From Methanobacteriota archaeon (GTDB lineage: Archaea; Thermoplasmatota; Poseidoniia; Poseidoniales; Poseidoniaceae), in NCBI GenBank assembly GCA_018650165.1, contig JABIGM010000012.1, positions 1 through 50,565 on the forward strand: a stretch of 50,565 nucleotides of DNA, written 5' to 3'. Both the position numbers and the translations under genes were made by a program. A model generated the notes under the pieces. That model saw nothing but the letters and a program-made list of their open reading frames with translations, was not told the DNA's origin and did not search any database. Within the stretch, counting starts at the first letter, position 1. Every line of letters begins with the position of its first letter. Shown piece after piece: positions 46,501-50,565 of the stretch.

Positions 46501-47367
46501 ACAGATACTGGAGACGGCATTGTAGATGATTGTCCTGACAAATACGGTGAAAGTTGGGGCGACCGCTATGGATGCGCTGACTTAGATGGCGATGGTTGGT
46601 CTAACCTCAATGATTTTTCACCGCTTGATGAAAGTCAATGGGTTGACGCAGATGAAGATGGTTTTGGAGACAACAGTAGTGGATTCCTAGGCGATCAGTG
46701 TCCTGGCGTCTATGGTGTTGAAAATGGAGAAAATGGCGATGGTTGCCCTCCTCCATTCGTTGATACCGATGGTGATGGTGTTCAAAATTCAGATGATGAT
46801 TGTTTGGAGTCGCCTGCAAATGTAACAGTCGATGAAAACGGTTGTGAAGTTGATACTGATGGAGATGGCGTTGTAGATTCACTCGATGAATGTCCCGATA
46901 CTGTTGGAGGAATCAACATTGTCGATGATGTTGGCTGTGACGTTTCAGACAATGGTGATGGAGGCTCTGGTGACGGGGGCTCTGGTGACGGGGGCTCTGG
47001 TGATGGAGGCTCTGGTGACGGAGGTTCTGGTGACGGAAGCGACGACACCGAAGATGGTACCAGTACAGAAGATTCTGCCGAAAGCGGACTCGATATTGTT
47101 ATGATGGGAGGAATTGGTGGCGGAGTTCTAATCATCATTCTCCTGACTTTGCTAATCGTTCGCAAGGGGCGTTCTGGAGACCAAGTTGTTGATGATTCGT
47201 TCGCTAATGCAGCATTCAATCAACCGGTTGCTGGAATGGTAGCATCAGATCCGAGTATCACTGCCGAACAGTTGCAATATGAGCAGCAATTGCATGCTGC
47301 GGGATACAATGCAGAACAAGCTAGGGCATATGCCGACCAGCATTTCCGCCCTTGGATTAATCAGTGA
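43555..47367 (+). CDS. Large membrane-anchored surface protein with PPC-like, CARDB-like and TSP3 repeats and no evident catalytic domain
   Basis: Signal peptide (alternative start 43567); four C-x(n)-DG/DA-G...GC[VMIL]D..D..D.[YF] PPC-like modules; CARDB-like modules (PDMTI, PDYTI, ADLAI ... N.V.E.D..NN); TSP3 repeats; GDGGS linker; TM helix. Confidence 0.8.
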   Translation: MLRAMRTRTLLLSSLMLMMCFTPLASAGLDKSLEDGKSEEEARFLDIPIHTFDDVGQRIDAGASGRAPCNAVQTDGGTAGDTGNTSATAKSLGSNPNNGPNGVTGCVDANDAEDLYSITTTAGKDVDIELVVPTGADFDLYITDAALTVAYDSSIYNDPLEKVTTAGTNLSGQATTFYVYIYAYSGDGSYTLRVWTNNTVPRPDMTISYIDAPLKAQAGDTVNVNYTVDNLANNSSATTGAFDVFFILSTDTTYDQFDLILDDVSKETDLAAGANRTTSMSISLPANLTNDSYYWIVWADGYGNVTESDATNNDMISSLQMVVGNDCNDLMGGTQNDGGLGADAAGDTANATNMGNNVTATYTGCMDGADGDDIFAFDVPAGYFIEISLDAEDNASDLDIFIHYSNGSEVDRGFTASYPEVATAKLTDYEGTAGTYYVNVSHFSGVSNYTLDVWTNQSIPAPDYTIDTITSAGSGQAGDSFDVTAILENVGTVDGVSNVELITVLSVNTGVDWYDHEIGSISTNGIPFDTNTSVTIPSTIPLDIVEGDYNLYVVVDQDDLVLERDEENNQQARTGQFSIGNAETSCATQNDGGLGGDAGNSTSSAFDLGNYADAEYRGCIDSNDMGDYYTITLGAGQNMNLTLVDPPSGAVNLAIVDANGAEVDSDLGWFADSEVTTIGTSFDGVAGVYTIMVNRSTSFWESGGAGTYRLLVGEPAGYVAPFSCVGHSDAGTGTDAGTDLSNAMILGANPSVNGQGCLDGQDNSDAYQFNLEDKNNIDVTFMPDAGSLFTTSLYDGNGAMITGWNGTAWSSMGDSVHEGMDGTFTLVVDSVGGEGYYNLSISSMAPAPADLAISNLSCGSEMISNEELFYSFEIHNMRGPAVGDFSWTLELIDSQGMMVEEIDSSSLGTYATYGQLVLERASSTFINASTASGIYTCKVMINMDGAILELDLLNNELTGENFTIQNEDELWANDVDRDGYNTTDTGDGIVDDCPDKYGESWGDRYGCADLDGDGWSNLNDFSPLDESQWVDADEDGFGDNSSGFLGDQCPGVYGVENGENGDGCPPPFVDTDGDGVQNSDDDCLESPANVTVDENGCEVDTDGDGVVDSLDECPDTVGGINIVDDVGCDVSDNGDGGSGDGGSGDGGSGDGGSGDGGSGDGSDDTEDGTSTEDSAESGLDIVMMGGIGGGVLIIILLTLLIVRKGRSGDQVVDDSFANAAFNQPVAGMVASDPSITAEQLQYEQQLHAAGYNAEQARAYADQHFRPWINQ
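46954..47040 (+). repeat. 15-bp coding tandem repeat (GDGGS x5 plus one partial copy)
   Basis: GGTGAYGGRGGYTCT repeated five times, then GGTGACGGAAGC. Confidence 0.95.
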
Positions 47368-47380
47368 ATGGTGAACGTTT

Positions 47381-47680
47381 TTGTTTTGTAGAGAATGTGG
47401 TAAGCAGGTCGATGAGAGTTGGGCAACTTGCCCGCACTGTGTTGCTAAAATTTACCACCCGGATAAAACTACACAGATTCAACCCTCGTTTTCTCCTCCG
47501 AATATTATTCAAAAACCGATTCAAAGTGAACAAGCAGGATTTAACAATCCATTTCATGCACATGGTATAATCGATGATGGCAAACCAAAATGGGCACCCG
47601 GATGGGGGAAATTAGCATGGATTATTGGATTCTTGCTTCTTGTATTGGCGAGAGTGTCTTTGAGATCGCAGAATTGGTGA
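47381..47680 (+). CDS. Zinc-ribbon protein with a C-terminal TM helix
   Basis: MFCRECG-x8-CPHC and a C-terminal hydrophobic segment LAWIIGFLLLVLA. Confidence 0.75.
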   Translation: MFCRECGKQVDESWATCPHCVAKIYHPDKTTQIQPSFSPPNIIQKPIQSEQAGFNNPFHAHGIIDDGKPKWAPGWGKLAWIIGFLLLVLARVSLRSQNW

Positions 47681-47738
47681 AAGGCACTTTTGAGTTGCTT
47701 AACAAAATAATTTAATACTTCAATCATAATTTCTCATC

Positions 47739-48494
47739 ATGTCCTTTTGCCATGCTTGTGGTCAACGAGTCGAGCCTCAATGGAATGCATGCCCGCATTG
47801 TTCAACCATGTTACCTAGTTCTGGCCAAGAAGTACAACAGCCAGATATACCGCATTATTCACCCCAGCCATCTTATCAAACCCACACCCAAACTATACCT
47901 CAACAACAGTATCAAGTTCCACAGAATCAATATGTAAGTACGCAATTTACAAGCAGTGGCGGTGGCGGTGGCGGAGGCGTAAATGTAGTTGTAATTGTTG
48001 CCGTAATTGCCGTTGTTGGGATTATTCTAGCAGGGGTGCTGTATGTATGGGCCTCTTCCTTAGCGTCTTCACCGTATACATGGAGCGGAGAGGTAGATAG
48101 TAGGGTTACTGGAGTCAAATGGTATGATAGTGAGGGGGATTGGGAACTCGAGACTCATGATGGTGATTTGGAATTCTCGAATGACCAATTTATTGAAGAG
48201 ATGGAACTTACCTCCGTGCATGTAGAATACGATTGGCCATACGCCACGATCGAATACGAATCAGATAGTAGTGATTGGTCTACAATGGAGGTCGAAGTTC
48301 GGAATCAGATAAACGGAGATGTATGGTTTGTCCTAATGACTTCTGTAACTCTAGATGGAGATTATACTTCCCTTGATGATGGCGCATGTTTTGCCGGCAT
48401 CCATGAAGATGCATACTACGGATCTAGCTCTTGGCGGTCTGAAGTTGGAAATACAGCCTGGCCGTACTTCTGTGATTCTGTCGATGATTACTAG
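47739..48494 (+). CDS. Zinc-ribbon protein with Q/P-rich linker, internal pilin-like TM helix and acidic ectodomain
   Basis: FCHACG-x8-CPHC, Q/P-rich linker, Gly7, then VIAVVGIILAGVLYVWASSLAS and an acidic beta-rich domain with a Cys pair. Confidence 0.75.
   Translation: MSFCHACGQRVEPQWNACPHCSTMLPSSGQEVQQPDIPHYSPQPSYQTHTQTIPQQQYQVPQNQYVSTQFTSSGGGGGGGVNVVVIVAVIAVVGIILAGVLYVWASSLASSPYTWSGEVDSRVTGVKWYDSEGDWELETHDGDLEFSNDQFIEEMELTSVHVEYDWPYATIEYESDSSDWSTMEVEVRNQINGDVWFVLMTSVTLDGDYTSLDDGACFAGIHEDAYYGSSSWRSEVGNTAWPYFCDSVDDY
47958..47978 (+). repeat. Gly7 codon tract
   Basis: GGC GGT GGC GGT GGC GGA GGC. Confidence 0.8.
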
Positions 48495-48540
48495 TCCGTG
48501 ACTGCAAAAGGTCATGAGTAATCGGTGCTCAGCAGGTAAT

Positions 48541-49041
48541 ATGACGAACGTATTGATGCAGACTAGCGCCGGCGATATTACCATTGAACTATTCACTGAT
48601 AGTATGCCAATTACAGCAGGAAATTTTCTTGATTTAGTAGACAAGGGTTACTATAATGGCCTTCATTTCCACCGTGTTATTCAAGGATTTATGCTTCAAG
48701 GTGGTTGCCCAAACAGCAGAGACCCAAACAGTCCTCGGTGTGGAACTGGCGACCCTGGATATAAAATCGCAGATGAACATTTAGACAATGCAAAGTTCTC
48801 AAATGAACCAGGTACATTGAGCATGGCAAATGCTGGACCAAACAGTGGTGGATCTCAATTTTTCATTAACACAGTTGACAATTCTTTCTTAGATTGGTGG
48901 AGCCCCGGAAATTCGAAGCATCCGGTCTTTGGCAAGGTTGTTGCAGGAATGGATATTGTCACCGCTATCGAGAAGTGTAGAACTCTTCCCGGCGACAGGC
49001 CAGCTCAGCCACAGCAAATCATGTTTGTAACTCGGGTTTGA
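48541..49041 (+). CDS. Cyclophilin-type peptidyl-prolyl cis-trans isomerase
   Basis: [46 protein letters not shown]. Confidence 0.96.
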   Translation: MTNVLMQTSAGDITIELFTDSMPITAGNFLDLVDKGYYNGLHFHRVIQGFMLQGGCPNSRDPNSPRCGTGDPGYKIADEHLDNAKFSNEPGTLSMANAGPNSGGSQFFINTVDNSFLDWWSPGNSKHPVFGKVVAGMDIVTAIEKCRTLPGDRPAQPQQIMFVTRV

Positions 49042-49175
49042 AACACAGAATTAGAGATGTTTGTCTTTTCATAAGATATCCACTATGTGATTGCCGTGTA
49101 GGATGAGTCTAACCTGTGCTAACTCTTTCTAACCTAATCCTAAACCACTATATATTCTCTAATTTTGGCGCAAAT

Positions 49176-49799
49176 ATGTTCAATGGCATATCTTGGAATA
49201 AACCGCAACAATGGCACTTGGATTTGAGTTCAGATGAGATTACGACTCAAGAAAGAATAGTCTCAATTGTATTCTTTGCAGGACTAACGGCTTTGTGTGC
49301 ACAAATTTCATTCATCGTGCCATGGACTCCAATCCCCTACACTTTCCAAACCTTTGCGGTTTTAGCCACAGGAGTATACCTTCGCAGAAACGATGCATTT
49401 GCTTCAGGTTTCCTATATCTTGTAATGGCGGCAGTTGGAGCCCCTGTCCTTGCAGAGGGAGGTAGTCAATTATTCTCCGATGGGAGATTAATTGCTTCCG
49501 GGGGTTATTTACTGGCATTCCCGTTGGCTTCGGCTTTGGTTGCAGAGGGGCTACAGCGGTCAAGAGATGCAGGTACACCTGACCTGAAAGCGCAAATGGT
49601 CTGTTGGATTTTGGCAATGATTCCTGTATATCTCTTTGGAACTTTATGGCTTGCTGAGTTTTACGAATTAACATTCTATAACTCATTTATGATTGCAACT
49701 TATCCGTTCCTGATCTGGGACTTTGGCAAAATATACATTCTACTCTACATCACAACTAATGTCTGGACTTATTCTAAAGATTCAGCAGATGAAGCTTGA
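49176..49799 (+). CDS. bioY: Biotin transporter BioY (ECF S-component)
   Basis: ALCAQISF...PIPYTFQTFAV...YLVMAAVGAPVLA...SGGYLLAF...VYLFG...PFLIWDFGK. Confidence 0.9.
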   Translation: MFNGISWNKPQQWHLDLSSDEITTQERIVSIVFFAGLTALCAQISFIVPWTPIPYTFQTFAVLATGVYLRRNDAFASGFLYLVMAAVGAPVLAEGGSQLFSDGRLIASGGYLLAFPLASALVAEGLQRSRDAGTPDLKAQMVCWILAMIPVYLFGTLWLAEFYELTFYNSFMIATYPFLIWDFGKIYILLYITTNVWTYSKDSADEA

Positions 49800-49801
49800 A
49801 T

Positions 49802-49925
49802 ATTCGGATGGGTTTTGCGTGAGTCGGTTTGCTCGCTAGGGAGTGTACTGGGGGACTGAATCCCCTTTGTATCAGAAAACAAAACGCAAAGGGTTTTCGG
49901 ATGACCCCTTACAACTTATCCGAAT
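49802..49925 (+). ncRNA. Candidate multibranch structured RNA immediately 3' of bioY
   Basis: Nested complementary segments ATTCGGAT/ATCCGAAT, TTTGCGT/ACGCAAA, GGGGA/TCCCC, GAGT/GCTC and GGGTT/GACCC. No family recognised. Confidence 0.35.
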
Positions 49926-49958
49926 CATTTTGTTAGTGCTTCGTATTTTGTTTGATTA

Positions 49959-50565
49959 TTAATTCTTGATGTATTGGAGATTCCTATATTGAGCAAATTC
50001 TTTCCAATATGACATATTCTTTCCTCCTCCATTTGTGTCCCAAGCGAATGCAAATCCGCCCCCACCCCCTGGAGTGATTATTGTCACGCGTGCACCCCCA
50101 CCTACACTCCCATCTGAATAGGTGGATTTATTCTCAATTTTTGTATTATTTTCAATAACAAAATATTTCAAATCTACAGTCTCGCCATTATCTATCCTAT
50201 ATGATAAAACTAAATCAAACTCTGAAATAAATACAGTCTTATAGAGCGATCTTTGAGTTGTGATTCCATTTTCTAAGATGTTATAAATGAAAACAAGTCC
50301 TACAATTATAGGAATGAACAAAATCGATACTAGTAGCCCTATAATCCTCTCATACCAAGGAATTATCAACGTACTTTCATGAATCACAAAGTCAGGAGTG
50401 ATATCTCCCGATTCAATTTCCGATATGATTTGTCTATGGTTTTTTCTGGGGGACGAGGAATCGTACTTGCCCATAGGTGGGAAAACCGAACTGAAGTATT
50501 CAAAATCCTCATTGCAATATGGACACTCATATGTCCCTTTTGAATCACTGCCAAGGTCTACTGTC
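49959..50565 (-). CDS. Zinc-ribbon membrane protein, 5'-truncated by the window edge
   Basis: The reading frame stays open upstream of the track start at 50474 (TVDLGSDSKGTYECPYCNEDFEY...), so the gene begins outside the window. One TM segment, IIGLLVSILFIPIIVGLVFIY. Confidence 0.65.
   Translation of the reverse strand, partial: TVDLGSDSKGTYECPYCNEDFEYFSSVFPPMGKYDSSSPRKNHRQIISEIESGDITPDFVIHESTLIIPWYERIIGLLVSILFIPIIVGLVFIYNILENGITTQRSLYKTVFISEFDLVLSYRIDNGETVDLKYFVIENNTKIENKSTYSDGSVGGGARVTIITPGGGGGFAFAWDTNGGGKNMSYWKEFAQYRNLQYIKN

Noticed and set aside
49810-49840. Minus-strand GCAAACC...ACGCAAA resembling a c-di-GMP-I riboswitch
   Set aside because: Only 5 nt separate the two motifs, leaving no room for the P2 stem with its GNRA loop, and P3 is absent.

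Overview
This is a gene-dense, mostly housekeeping archaeal chromosome segment. PolD large subunit, PriL, the rps13-rps4-rps11-rpoD operon, pantoate kinase and MptE are archaeal markers. Several very large Asp-rich thrombospondin type 3 (TSP3)-repeat surface proteins and bacterial-type genes (Rpe, Grx4/BolA, ATP-dependent PckA) point by inference to Marine Group II (Ca. Poseidoniales, Thermoplasmatota). I found no rRNA, tRNA, CRISPR array, transposase or integrase. The most unusual observations: (1) a LeuRS whose catalytic and editing core is bacterial-type but whose anticodon-binding and C-terminal domains are archaeal-type; (2) two possible transmembrane signalling set-ups, namely a sensor-less wHTH-STAND NTPase divergent from a WD40/TSP3 surface protein, and a membrane-tethered tandem-wHTH regulator with BsuPI-like ectodomains; (3) a CDIN1/C15orf41-like TPD nuclease; (4) three structured intergenic elements, upstream of rps13 (possible pseudoknot), upstream of pckA and downstream of bioY; (5) a zinc-ribbon protein with an internal pilin-like helix. 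All family assignments come from motif recognition by eye and no database search was run.
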